This document shows positions 16,894-26,010 of a stretch of 33,203 nt of DNA, piece by piece. The number at the start of each line of letters is the position of its first letter. Position 1 is the first letter of the stretch. The stretch covers positions 1-33,203 of the IMG/VR virus record IMGVR_UViG_3300032001_000028, one strand, 5' to 3'. Under the pieces are notes generated by a model that worked only from the letters and a program-made list of their open reading frames with translations, searched no databases and was not told the origin of the DNA. Position numbers and translations under genes: made by a program. This DNA is from a virus (Duplodnaviria; Caudoviricetes).

Positions 16894-17664
16894 TCATAGC
16901 CCTTCTTTTTCGCTCAACTTACTGTCCGAAATATCCGGCCCCAGCACACGAACCTTGACTGTCACGCCAGGAGGGGCCTCGACCACGATCGAGACCTCAT
17001 TAGGTGCTGCAGCTATTGGTGGCTGCGCTGCGTTACCGGTTGCCCACTCGGCAACTAACTGTTCGACACCGTGATCATAGCTATTAATATCGCATGGCCC
17101 GATGCCATTTATCTCGTGTGGCTCTGGCCCAACGATGCCGTCTGTGAACTGCCACAGCCAAAAACTGTCCCAACTCGTCTGCCACTTCGGTTCCGGTCCG
17201 TACTGGCACAGCCACAGACGGCGTTTGCCGAGCCATGGATCGATCTTGCTGCCGAGGGCTTCTTTGGCAGTGTTTCCCGAATACAAAACGCATTGACCTT
17301 CGCGCCCGAGTTGCTGCTCGACCTCTGCCATCCACTCTTTTACGGCCGACAGGCTCATGGTGTTGGAACCATAGTCCTCCCAATCGAGACAGAACAATTC
17401 ATCAGGGTCAGGACAGGCATAGCGCATGAAATTATCGATCTGCGCCGATGTCGAGGCCGCGGTGGCGAAATGATACGCACCCCATTTGAGACCGGCCGCC
17501 TTTGCTGCCTTTTGCTGCTGCACATAGGTCGGGTCGGTATAGCCAGAGCCCTCCGTAGCTTTGTAAATGCATCCGACGATGCCATCGAGTTTGACAGCGT
17601 CATAATTCGATGCAGGGTCCCAATGGCTCAAGTCCACGACGCGCGGTTTGACCGGGTATGCCAT
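16894..17664 (-). CDS. GH25 muramidase (endolysin), 256 aa
   Basis: VVDLSHWD, IYKATEG, GAYHF, catalytic DxE in LDWED, WLWQFTD, CDIN. Confidence 0.92.
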   Translation of the reverse strand: MAYPVKPRVVDLSHWDPASNYDAVKLDGIVGCIYKATEGSGYTDPTYVQQQKAAKAAGLKWGAYHFATAASTSAQIDNFMRYACPDPDELFCLDWEDYGSNTMSLSAVKEWMAEVEQQLGREGQCVLYSGNTAKEALGSKIDPWLGKRRLWLCQYGPEPKWQTSWDSFWLWQFTDGIVGPEPHEINGIGPCDINSYDHGVEQLVAEWATGNAAQPPIAAAPNEVSIVVEAPPGVTVKVRVLGPDISDSKLSEKEGL

Positions 17665-17665
17665 G

Positions 17666-17851
17666 TCAGCCCCCTTTGCATTGCGCTAGGAGCAGCTCAA
17701 ACTGCCGGTGCTCGTAGCCGCTTTGCTCATGACTGATCCATATGACGGCACCAAGTAAGGCGAATTGGAACAGAACAAGAGTCAGCAGCATCGGCGAACC
17801 CTTGAGGGCCGCAATGGCCTCATTAGCACTCGCTGTGATTTTCTCGATCAT
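17666..17851 (-). CDS. Single-TM holin-like protein, 61 aa
   Basis: Hydrophobic stretch MLLTLVLFQFALLGAVIWI; 1 nt upstream of the lysozyme. Confidence 0.6.
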   Translation of the reverse strand: MIEKITASANEAIAALKGSPMLLTLVLFQFALLGAVIWISHEQSGYEHRQFELLLAQCKGG

Positions 17852-17872
17852 TTTGAGCTAATCTCAATCGCA

Positions 17873-17901
17873 AGACTAGACGACAGCGAGTGAAGTCTCA
17901 A
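17873..17901 (-). promoter_or_regulatory. Putative sigma70 promoter upstream of the lysis genes, TTGAGA-N17-TAGTCT
   Basis: Near-consensus -35 and -10 with exact 17-nt spacing, in the only sizeable intergenic gap (59 nt) of the late arm. Confidence 0.5.
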
Positions 17902-17910
17902 GACGGACTG

Positions 17911-18576
17911 TTAGCGCACCCGGCGCGCACGAAGGTTCCAACCAAAAAGCTGACAGGTGCTGGTGCCGAACGTTGCCAGGGCTACGAGAAAGACCGTTGT
18001 TGTCGACGCCAGCGACAGCCGCGTCGGCCCGCAGCGCACGATAGAACCGCCGCCGCCCGCGGACATGGCCACCGTGTTGCCTAAGCTAAAGTCGCCGAAT
18101 GCTGAAATATCCGTTGTGACTATCGTAGCCGATGTTGTGGTGATGCAGCATTGAAGACTGTTAATTGTCGTCGTGCCGGCGGCGGTGAACACCACAGCGC
18201 CCGACACTTCCCAGTCGCCCGCCGTCAGCGAAATCGAGGTAGCGTTGACACTGGTGCCGCTGGTGAGCGGGGGACCGGACCCGTAGGCGAGGTTCGCTTG
18301 GACAAGCTCGCCGACCTGACCGGCTGCAGCATTGTCGTTGGTCGAGGTACCGACGAGGGCCAAGACGCCGGTCATGGTGTCGCCGGCAATGTTTACAACG
18401 CGCCCCCACAGGCCATTAATACGGCCGTAAGTGGTGCCATCGTGTGCGCTATCGCCGATGGTGGGGGCACCGGTTATAAATGCCTGCGATAAGCCATTGA
18501 CCGCCGTAACCAGATTGCGGCCAATATTGATTATCGCCGACGACGAAGCCGGGCCGCCTGCGTCCTGCGTACTCAT
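17911..18576 (-). CDS. Minor tail/fibre-like protein, 221 aa
   Basis: Fibre motifs DGTTYGR..LW, AGDTMTG.L and GTSTNDNAAAGQVGE, then a beta-rich C-domain ending RARRVR. Confidence 0.75.
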   Translation of the reverse strand: MSTQDAGGPASSSAIINIGRNLVTAVNGLSQAFITGAPTIGDSAHDGTTYGRINGLWGRVVNIAGDTMTGVLALVGTSTNDNAAAGQVGELVQANLAYGSGPPLTSGTSVNATSISLTAGDWEVSGAVVFTAAGTTTINSLQCCITTTSATIVTTDISAFGDFSLGNTVAMSAGGGGSIVRCGPTRLSLASTTTVFLVALATFGTSTCQLFGWNLRARRVR

Positions 18577-18875
18577 GGATTTCTTCCGTCCGCCCTCGTC
18601 GCGTCATACTCATCGCGGAACATCTTCTCCCATTGGCGCGGGATCATTTCATACGCTCCTCGGACATCGCGGACATCGAACAGCTCAGGCAGCAGCAGGT
18701 TTCTGACCGCGTCCACATCGATCAACCCAGGGGCGATACGCTCCTGCACCAGCAGCATGTCCTCATCCGTTGGCATGATGATCCCGCGCAGCGGCATCAA
18801 CCGCTGCGCGGCGATTACCGCTGGGGCGGCGAACAGACCACGCAGGAAGCCGCGTCGGCTAAGGATTACGTCCAT
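18573..18875 (-). CDS. Small protein with twin-arginine (Tat-like) N-terminal motif, 100 aa
   Basis: LSRRGFLRGLFAAPAVIAA; overlaps both neighbours. Confidence 0.7.
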   Translation of the reverse strand: MDVILSRRGFLRGLFAAPAVIAAQRLMPLRGIIMPTDEDMLLVQERIAPGLIDVDAVRNLLLPELFDVRDVRGAYEMIPRQWEKMFRDEYDATRADGRNP

Positions 18876-21183
18876 CTGGCCTTGTCCTGTAGCGTGTCAT
18901 GCCGAAGCGCCAGAAGGTGCCGATGTCTTGGCTCTCGATGCGCAACGTCATATCACGCGAGCGCAGCCGCGGCTCGAAGAACTGGGTGAGCTTCGTCACG
19001 GTGAACGGTCCCTGCACGTTTGGCGAAGGATCGTTTGGAAACTCCTCGCCAGTAAGCGTGAAAATGATATTGGCGTTTTGGGAACCGCCACGCTGTCCCC
19101 ATAACATATCGGGCACGACGTAATCCACGAGCTGGAAGTCCTCGCCCTTGCCGAGGGCAAATGCGCCCGTGACAATGACTGCGTTCATAGCGATCCCGTC
19201 CATGTCGTAGCCAACTTCGTGTTGGTAAACCAATCCAGAAGTCGCGCCACCGAGCGGATTGCCGAGGATTGATTGATCTGTCCAGGCCGAGCGGCCCATC
19301 GGCCCCTTGTCCCATTCGCGCTCGACGACGTTGAATTTAACGTAGGAATCGTTCTCGCCGGTACCACCACTCCTACTTGGGAAATACCAGCCGATCTCGT
19401 TCCACTGCGCATTGGAGAAAAATCTGACCTTGGCGAGGTTGTTGCGGTCGAGGTTTTGAAAGACGAAATCACGCACGTTGCACGGCAGAACGACCGGCAC
19501 ACCGCCGACTGGCATAGCGAAAAATTGGTTTTGGCTCATCCAATATGTCGTCGTACCGAGCGCGCCGCAGGCCTTGCGGCCGACCAGCCCGCAGCCCTCC
19601 ATGATCACATTCCAATCGAAGACCGGCTGGCCGATTGTGGCGAGACCAACGTACATGCCTGACCACACTGCGAGGTCGGTCCAGGCCAGGAGTTGGTTTG
19701 GCGCTTGCATCACGCGTATGATCGCGTTGCCGCGAGGCATATTGAAGCCGCCAGCAAAGTTGGTCGCGGTCGGCTTCCAAACGGTGAAATTGCCGGCGTC
19801 ACTCCATCGCATGCGCAGGGCGTTTGGGATGCCATTATTAAGAGGGTCGGTCGGATCGCTGGGCGGCACGCCCCATGCGATAAGAATTTGCTGCGGCATC
19901 GCCATTTCAATGCCGTCAGCGACGACCGGTGCCTGGGGAACGAGCTGCGCTTGCAGGAATGCCGATTCTGGTCCCCATTGATAGATGCCGTCGCCGGCAG
20001 GACAAGCCAATAGTATTTCGCCGAAGTTCACTAGCGACCAATCTGTGGCGGCAACCGGCGTTCCGGTGCCTGTCGGTGGACTAGAACCGTTACCCCATCC
20101 TCCTATTCCCCAGCCGCCGATCCCCCAGCCGGAAAATGGAGGTTGCGGGCTGAACGCTATGTAATACGTCGTGAGAACGTTGCCGCTGTTTTCGCTATTC
20201 GCCGCGTCCGGCACGAGATTGACTGTTGCCCCCGACAAGGAGCCGTCTGTCACCGCAGCTGGGCTCGGTGGGAAAATCGAGTAGCTGCCGGGGGTCGCGA
20301 CCGTAAGGGCGCCCGTAAGCACGCCGCCTGCGGAGATCGTACCGGTGAGCGTCGCTGCTGTTCCGATGCCGCCGACGACCGTCAGCGTCACTGCGCCAGG
20401 GGGGCCCCCAGAGCCGCCGGATTGCACAAAAGCGCCCGTCACTGTCGCGGCGCTCGTGGAGGTCGCAAGCGTGTTGGCTGTAATAAAAAACCCGGCGGCC
20501 GAGACAGGCACTTGGACAATGTAATTGCCCGAAATCGTCACGCCGCCAACAGTGGTCGGAACCAAGACAGGAAATATTTGGCCTGCAGAAAGGCCATGAT
20601 TTGCGAGCGACACGCCGATCGTCGCCGAGCCGCTTGTCGTCGTGAAAACCGGAACGTTGCCGGACGGTGCCGCGGTCGCTGTGGCGTTGGTGGCAGCCGT
20701 GATCTGATAAGTGTTCGCGCCGATGACATTGATGATTGGGTAGACGCCGAACAGAACGATGCCGCCCACCGACACTGGCGTTTGGATGAACACGGAATAG
20801 GTAGTGGACGGATTGGTGATGTTCACATCGATAATGGTGACGGTGGGGCTGTTGATCGTCGTCGAGAAGTTTGGCCCGGTATTGGTGACAGTTTGCTGCG
20901 GCGTGATATCCTGGATCATTCCAGCGGTGATGATCTGCAGCGAGCTGGTTCCGCCGACGGCCAAGCGGCGGTTCATGTTGAGGTCCTGCCACGGCAGCAA
21001 GGCGCGCGGAATATTGCCAAACGGGCCGATGACGTTAGGATAGTACTTGACCCAGCCGCCCATTTTCTCCGGCAGGCCCTGGCGCCAGCGGATGAATTGG
21101 CCGTCAGAGATGCCGGTTTCGTTCAAGATCGGCGACTTATCGAAGTCGAAGCCAGGGATCAGGCGGACAGTCTCGAAGGCCAT
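18859..21183 (-). CDS. Tail nozzle/packaged-DNA stabilisation-like protein (P22 gp10 / tail tubular B type), 774 aa
   Basis: Beta-propeller-like repeats (WSDAGNFTVW, GCGLVG, YWMSQNQFF, NEIGWYFPS), GWGIGGWGIGGWG, Thr-rich inserted domains; follows the adaptor genes; TGATG coupling. Confidence 0.75.
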   Translation of the reverse strand: MAFETVRLIPGFDFDKSPILNETGISDGQFIRWRQGLPEKMGGWVKYYPNVIGPFGNIPRALLPWQDLNMNRRLAVGGTSSLQIITAGMIQDITPQQTVTNTGPNFSTTINSPTVTIIDVNITNPSTTYSVFIQTPVSVGGIVLFGVYPIINVIGANTYQITAATNATATAAPSGNVPVFTTTSGSATIGVSLANHGLSAGQIFPVLVPTTVGGVTISGNYIVQVPVSAAGFFITANTLATSTSAATVTGAFVQSGGSGGPPGAVTLTVVGGIGTAATLTGTISAGGVLTGALTVATPGSYSIFPPSPAAVTDGSLSGATVNLVPDAANSENSGNVLTTYYIAFSPQPPFSGWGIGGWGIGGWGNGSSPPTGTGTPVAATDWSLVNFGEILLACPAGDGIYQWGPESAFLQAQLVPQAPVVADGIEMAMPQQILIAWGVPPSDPTDPLNNGIPNALRMRWSDAGNFTVWKPTATNFAGGFNMPRGNAIIRVMQAPNQLLAWTDLAVWSGMYVGLATIGQPVFDWNVIMEGCGLVGRKACGALGTTTYWMSQNQFFAMPVGGVPVVLPCNVRDFVFQNLDRNNLAKVRFFSNAQWNEIGWYFPSRSGGTGENDSYVKFNVVEREWDKGPMGRSAWTDQSILGNPLGGATSGLVYQHEVGYDMDGIAMNAVIVTGAFALGKGEDFQLVDYVVPDMLWGQRGGSQNANIIFTLTGEEFPNDPSPNVQGPFTVTKLTQFFEPRLRSRDMTLRIESQDIGTFWRFGMTRYRTRPDGRNP

Positions 21184-21905
21184 CAACCACCCCTCATCGC
21201 ATCAGGCCCTGACGGCCGCTTGTCCATGCCCGGAGGCGCCGGCAGCGCGATTGTGCCGCGGTAGCGCTTGCGCAGCTCCTCGGCGTCGGCCGAAGCGAGC
21301 AATAGGCCGTACTGGGATTCCCACGACTGGGCCATGCGCGGATCATCGGCCTGGGCGCCGAAGTTCTTCTGGTAGGCTGAAATGTGAATCATCGTCGCCG
21401 CCAGAAACAGATCGGGAATGTTGGTCGAGAGGAACGTCGTCGGGTTGCCGGCCGAGAGCGGGGTTGGCCGCTGCGTTCCGATGATCTCGACGGCGTAGCT
21501 TTGGTCAGGCCACGGCCCGAGCAGAAACAGGGATTGGCTCAGCCGCGCGAACTTGGCCGGCAGTGTCGCGCCCGCGCTCGATGGCCAGCAGAAATCGAGA
21601 AACTCCACTGATGTGGGCAGGAGCTGGTTGCGCGTGCCGCTGTCAGCGGCGGCTCCGGCCGGCGTGATGATGTTGATGCCCTCGACCACGACAAAGGCCG
21701 CTGGCACGTTGAGCTTGCGCTGGCTGGGCACGCAGGTCTGCGATTGGTCGGTCTGGCGCGTCGCGAGGAGATCGAGGTCGCGGTAAATGCGGAGTTCGGC
21801 GTAGTCGATCGCGCCCGGCAGTTCGGTGACGAGATAGGGATTGGTCGTCGAGGTGCCGGCGAGGTTGGCGGCCTGGGCGAGCCATGTCGTGTATGTCAGA
21901 GACAT
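21183..21905 (-). CDS. Head-tail adaptor-like protein (tail tubular A / gp4 type), 240 aa
   Basis: IDYAELRIYRDL, LGPWPDQSY, TFLSTNIPDLFLAA, WESQY motifs; position directly before the nozzle gene. Confidence 0.7.
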   Translation of the reverse strand: MSLTYTTWLAQAANLAGTSTTNPYLVTELPGAIDYAELRIYRDLDLLATRQTDQSQTCVPSQRKLNVPAAFVVVEGINIITPAGAAADSGTRNQLLPTSVEFLDFCWPSSAGATLPAKFARLSQSLFLLGPWPDQSYAVEIIGTQRPTPLSAGNPTTFLSTNIPDLFLAATMIHISAYQKNFGAQADDPRMAQSWESQYGLLLASADAEELRKRYRGTIALPAPPGMDKRPSGPDAMRGG

Positions 21906-21908
21906 AGT

Positions 21909-22418
21909 TCAATCCGTTGTCATCAGCGTCGAGGCCGCCGTCTGCGACGGCGACACGCCGTAGGTTCCGGCCGCCCCCGGAGGCAGTCCCGAGAGCTGGT
22001 CGAGGATCAGGGTGCCGGAGGCGGCGCCGCTGGTAATCATGGCTCCGGTGCTGACGGAGCCTGACGTAATATTGGTCACTGTCATGATGCCGCGGTCGCT
22101 GCGGTGGGGATCGGGCGCGATCGAAGCTGTGAAGGACGCAATCAGCCCTTCGTCGATCGAATAGGGCTCGGGCCGCGCATTGAACAGCGGGTCCGGATCG
22201 GGCGGCAGAATGATTGCGCGTCTGGCCGCCTCGGAGGGCTTATCGAGACATTGCGGACACACGAGCAACTGTTTGTTGATCATGACGAGACCGGCCCAGT
22301 CCCACTGCCAGTCGAGCTTGTGCAAGTTAAAAATCATATTGCAGCGCTGGCACGTCCCCCAGGCGCGCGGGTGTGACGGGTCAACATCCGCTCCTCGGGG
22401 ATGCGGTCGCCAGCTCAT
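21909..22418 (-). CDS. Zn-finger (CxxC...CxxC) virion-cluster protein with C-terminal beta domain, 169 aa
   Basis: True start MSWRPHPRG at an ATGA overlap (22415-22418); AWGTCQRC...LVCPQCLD...PPDPDP...ARPE. Confidence 0.75.
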   Translation of the reverse strand: MSWRPHPRGADVDPSHPRAWGTCQRCNMIFNLHKLDWQWDWAGLVMINKQLLVCPQCLDKPSEAARRAIILPPDPDPLFNARPEPYSIDEGLIASFTASIAPDPHRSDRGIMTVTNITSGSVSTGAMITSGAASGTLILDQLSGLPPGAAGTYGVSPSQTAASTLMTTD

Positions 22419-23146
22419 CTGTAATAGCGCCCGATGTTCGGCATGATCGTGATGTTGACAGTTTCGGCGCCTCGCGTCGTGGCATCTTCCCAGGCCACCT
22501 CGTATTCGCAGGCGAGCCCGGTCGCCGGAAGGCCGCGGCGCGAGCGCTGCCCGGCGCGCTGCGGAGCAAAATGCATAGCAAGTTTGAATGCAAGCCCGGC
22601 CTCGTAGGCGGCGAGGAAGCGCCATGGCAGATCGAGCGTCGCGCCTCCGGCGAGCGAGGTGTCCTGGATTTGTTGCAGCACGCGACATAACGCTGTGTAG
22701 GGCCCTCCAGCATCGGGCACGGGCCAAAACGTCAAGCTTGGCGTGATCTGGCGGTCGAACCAGAACGAGGTCGGTGGGCCCTGTTTGAGCTTGTTGGGCA
22801 TCGCCTGATATTCGTAGGTCGAGAGCGGCCCAAGGATGCGATCGGTCGTGTTCTGGCCGCTCAGAGTTTCGATGTAGACGATGATGACCGCGATCGTCGT
22901 CGCCGGCATCACGTAGGTCTGCGTGCCCGGTGTCAGCGTTGCTGCGGGCGGGACCTGGATGGTCTCGGACTTCCACAGGTTCACGCCGCGGTTGGAGAAC
23001 TCGATGTTGAGCAGGTTCGACTCGATGTAGGCGCGCTGCAGATGCTCGGCGGTGAGCACTGCGCTGGAGAGGCCGCACTTGGAAAACGCGTTAAGGACGA
23101 GGTCCGACGCGGCCGGGTTGAACGCCGTTGTGCCTGTCGAGGTCAT
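22415..23146 (-). CDS. Second head-tail adaptor/connector-like protein, 243 aa
   Basis: MTSTGTTAFNP, SNRGVNLW, PNKLKQGPP..FWFDRQ, FWPVPD, AGLAFKLA. Confidence 0.7.
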   Translation of the reverse strand: MTSTGTTAFNPAASDLVLNAFSKCGLSSAVLTAEHLQRAYIESNLLNIEFSNRGVNLWKSETIQVPPAATLTPGTQTYVMPATTIAVIIVYIETLSGQNTTDRILGPLSTYEYQAMPNKLKQGPPTSFWFDRQITPSLTFWPVPDAGGPYTALCRVLQQIQDTSLAGGATLDLPWRFLAAYEAGLAFKLAMHFAPQRAGQRSRRGLPATGLACEYEVAWEDATTRGAETVNITIMPNIGRYYR

Positions 23147-23149
23147 GCC

Positions 23150-26008
23150 TCACCCGATAATCCAGATCGGAATCTCGTTGGTATACACCGGAACGACGTG
23201 CGTGCCACCTCCAACGGGGGCGAGCCCGAGGCCAGTCTGGATGGGCACGGTGCTGTCGAGCACGTAGGCGCGCCATCCAGACAACGTTGGCGGCGGCAGC
23301 GCAGAGACCAGCCAGTTGCGTTCCAGATAAGTATTGGTGCCGGCGGGGATCGTAGGGATGCTTGGGGTCGGCGTCGGCGGGATGTAGAGCGCGTAGATGC
23401 CGTCATCGCCGCGCATGAGTGCGCCGCCGAGCTGCACGCGCGGCCAGCGTATGTGGTGCAGGACCGGCTCCCACCCCACCGGCAGAATACCAAGCGCGAT
23501 GGCGCCATAGATGCCCTCATCCCCGCGCAGGAAGGCTCCACGTTGCCATGTCCGCAGTGTGGGCGGTTGGACGGGCTGGACTTCCCAGCCCATTGGCAGG
23601 AACGACACGAGCGTGGTGAGCCCATCGTCGCCGCGGGCAATCGCCCCGCCGGTAAATATCTTGACGCGCGCGAGCGGCGGCGTTGTTTCAACAAACGGAG
23701 GAGTCACGAAAGGCATCGGCAACTGGATGCCGTCGTCGCCTCTGATCAGCGGGGAGGCGCGCTCGCGACCGAAATGCGGTGGCTGAAACGGCGCGATGGC
23801 CCATCCTTCCGGGAAGGGGCTAATCAGTCGCTGGTAGGCGCCATCGTCGCCGCGCGCAATGGCACCGGCTCGCTCCGGGCGCATCCGCGGAAAGACATCC
23901 GGTGACGGCCAGAACGTGATCGGCGCGGGGACCAGTACCAGCGGGGCGTCGACGCCGTCGTGGCCACGGATCAGCGGCGCGCCGCGCTCCCTGCCAAAAT
24001 GCGGCGGTTGGACGGGTTGCACTTCCCAACCATAGGGCTGCGGCACGATGATTTTGGCCTCGATGCCATCATGCCCGCGCATGACAGCGCCAACGCGCTC
24101 GGGGCGAGGATGCGGCCACGCATCCGGCGCCGGCCAAGCCATATTGGGCAGCGGTGGCGGGGCGGCGGCGATGGCAACCAAGCCGTCATCGCCACGCATG
24201 AACATTGGGGCTGGGCGATGAAACCTCAGCTGGTCAGACCAACTTTCCCACCATGGTGCCAATTGTGAGAACGCGAACTGACTGAGTCCCTCCAACGCCT
24301 CGCCGCGACTGAGAAAGAGGCGCGGCAAATGCTGCTGCGGGGCTTCCCATCCCCAAATAACGGTCGGCGCGGCCGGCGCGACATAGAGACCTTCGTTGCC
24401 GTCCTCTTTCGGCAGGATGGCGCCCGCCCGCCACGGTTTTGGCTGCGGCGGCTGCACGGGCGCGATCTCCCATCCCCATGGCAGGATTGGAACGAACACG
24501 CCGAATTCCGACCGCCCTCTTAGTCCAGAGCGTTCCGGTCTTGGATGAGGCAACTGCTCGTAGATTGCCTCCCACCACACATTCAGGGCAGGCGGGGGCG
24601 CCAGAACAGCTTCATTGCCGTCATCCTTCATCGCTACGGCGCCGGAGCGCTCAGACCGAGGATGCGGCGGCTGCGGCGGCTGGATTTCCCAGCCTTCCCG
24701 GAACACGTTGACTTTAGGCGCCTCGATGCCGTCGTCGCCACGCATGACGGCTCCGGCCTGTTGCCACAAACGGCGCTGGAATTGCTGCGACTGGTCGAAC
24801 ACGAACGGGCTGAGGGCCGCCACCACCGTCATTGGCAGATCGATGCCATCTTGTCCCTTGGCAACGGCGCCGGCGCGCTCAGGGCGCGGATGAGGCGGCT
24901 GCGGTGACGGCACTTCCCAACCTTGCGCCAACACCTTGACCATTGCGGCCTGAGTGCCATCGTCGCCCCTGGCTACGGCTCCAAATCTGATCGGCTTTGG
25001 TGCGAATGGCGGCTGCGGCGGCTGGATTTCCCAGCCTTCCCGAAGCACACGGACCATTGCGCTCTGAATACCGTCATCACCTCGCATGATGCCGGCAGCG
25101 CGCTGCTCGGGGTGCGGATGAGGCGGCTGAGGCGGCTGCACTTCCCAGCCCATCGGAAGGATGGGCACAAATACTCCAAATTCCGATCGCCCTCGTAAGG
25201 CAGCATAAGTCCTTTTAGGGTACGGCGGCTGAAATGCCTGCTCTGACAAATACCCCACAGGTATAAAACCGGTAAGTTCCTCGTCCAGCTCAGCGTCGGC
25301 AATCTGCGGATACCAGAACGACCACGGATCATTCGCCCAGGCGAGAAGCTGTGCGGCCGATAGATAGGCCGGAGAAGTCATGACAGCAGCAATCTTGAAA
25401 TTGGACGCCGCCGCTGTCGGAGCATTGCCGACAATAACTGCCCCACTTGGCGTTACCGATGTATAAGCCGTCGCAATATTGCTTGTTCGCACCACACCGG
25501 TTTGAAGATTGGTGATCACTGCGTTGCTGTTTCCACTTCTCAGCGACATGGCCGCGAAGTACGGGGTATTCGCCGATAGGTTCTGAGAAAATATCAGCGT
25601 TGTAGTGCCGGCCCCCCCTTCCAAGGTGACGCCGTTTACGAACATCCTGTAACCGGTGTTAATTGTGGATGTGTTGGAAAACATTGTCTTCTGGCCGGCC
25701 GCCACCGAAGTCATAATGAATATACAGGCAATCGTCTGCGACGGATCGTTTATAGTGAAGAAGCCTGAGAATTGGATATTCGCTGTCGAGGCCGCAAATG
25801 CCGTGTTTGGGCCGATCGCGCCATCGAGACCCGAGGTCGGCGCTCCGGCGATCGTCCCAGGGGCACCACCTCCCGTCAAAGAAATGAAATTGCCAGTCAG
25901 CGCAATGCCGGAAAAAAACCGTATACCTTTCGCCGCGGGGTGCGTGTAGTCGATCCCCGGCGAGAACCCGTCAGGAAACGCGAGCGGGTTTCGGCCGACG
26001 AGCTTCAT
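23150..26008 (-). CDS. LamG/ConA-like N-domain plus Pro/Trp-rich repeat protein, 952 aa
   Basis: Beta-rich N-terminal ~235 aa ending LSAAQLLAWANDPW; then about 14 repeats of roughly 40 aa; SD GAGG upstream of the next gene. Confidence 0.75.
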   Translation of the reverse strand: MKLVGRNPLAFPDGFSPGIDYTHPAAKGIRFFSGIALTGNFISLTGGGAPGTIAGAPTSGLDGAIGPNTAFAASTANIQFSGFFTINDPSQTIACIFIMTSVAAGQKTMFSNTSTINTGYRMFVNGVTLEGGAGTTTLIFSQNLSANTPYFAAMSLRSGNSNAVITNLQTGVVRTSNIATAYTSVTPSGAVIVGNAPTAAASNFKIAAVMTSPAYLSAAQLLAWANDPWSFWYPQIADAELDEELTGFIPVGYLSEQAFQPPYPKRTYAALRGRSEFGVFVPILPMGWEVQPPQPPHPHPEQRAAGIMRGDDGIQSAMVRVLREGWEIQPPQPPFAPKPIRFGAVARGDDGTQAAMVKVLAQGWEVPSPQPPHPRPERAGAVAKGQDGIDLPMTVVAALSPFVFDQSQQFQRRLWQQAGAVMRGDDGIEAPKVNVFREGWEIQPPQPPHPRSERSGAVAMKDDGNEAVLAPPPALNVWWEAIYEQLPHPRPERSGLRGRSEFGVFVPILPWGWEIAPVQPPQPKPWRAGAILPKEDGNEGLYVAPAAPTVIWGWEAPQQHLPRLFLSRGEALEGLSQFAFSQLAPWWESWSDQLRFHRPAPMFMRGDDGLVAIAAAPPPLPNMAWPAPDAWPHPRPERVGAVMRGHDGIEAKIIVPQPYGWEVQPVQPPHFGRERGAPLIRGHDGVDAPLVLVPAPITFWPSPDVFPRMRPERAGAIARGDDGAYQRLISPFPEGWAIAPFQPPHFGRERASPLIRGDDGIQLPMPFVTPPFVETTPPLARVKIFTGGAIARGDDGLTTLVSFLPMGWEVQPVQPPTLRTWQRGAFLRGDEGIYGAIALGILPVGWEPVLHHIRWPRVQLGGALMRGDDGIYALYIPPTPTPSIPTIPAGTNTYLERNWLVSALPPPTLSGWRAYVLDSTVPIQTGLGLAPVGGGTHVVPVYTNEIPIWIIG
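23390..25230 (-). repeat. Intragenic ~40-aa repeats, consensus GWE[VI]QPPQPPHPRPERxGAxxRGDDG
   Basis: 14 copies of RGDDG or a close variant counted in the translation; exact 35-nt DNA repeat at 24666-24700 and 25008-25042. Confidence 0.85.
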
Positions 26009-26010
26009 GG

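Noticed and set aside
22419-23078. N-terminal 220 aa of track ORF 21909-23078
   Set aside because: Off-frame overlap with the 243-aa adaptor gene; the real gene starts at the ATGA overlap at 22418.
24666-25042. 35-nt exact repeat as a CRISPR repeat or DGR template/variable pair
   Set aside because: Both copies are in-frame coding repeats; no spacer array, no adenine-specific mismatches and no reverse transcriptase in the window.
23390-25100. Repeated RGD as integrin-binding motifs
   Set aside because: Variants KGQDG, RGHDG, KDDG and KEDG show RGD itself is not the conserved unit, and nothing points to a eukaryotic target.
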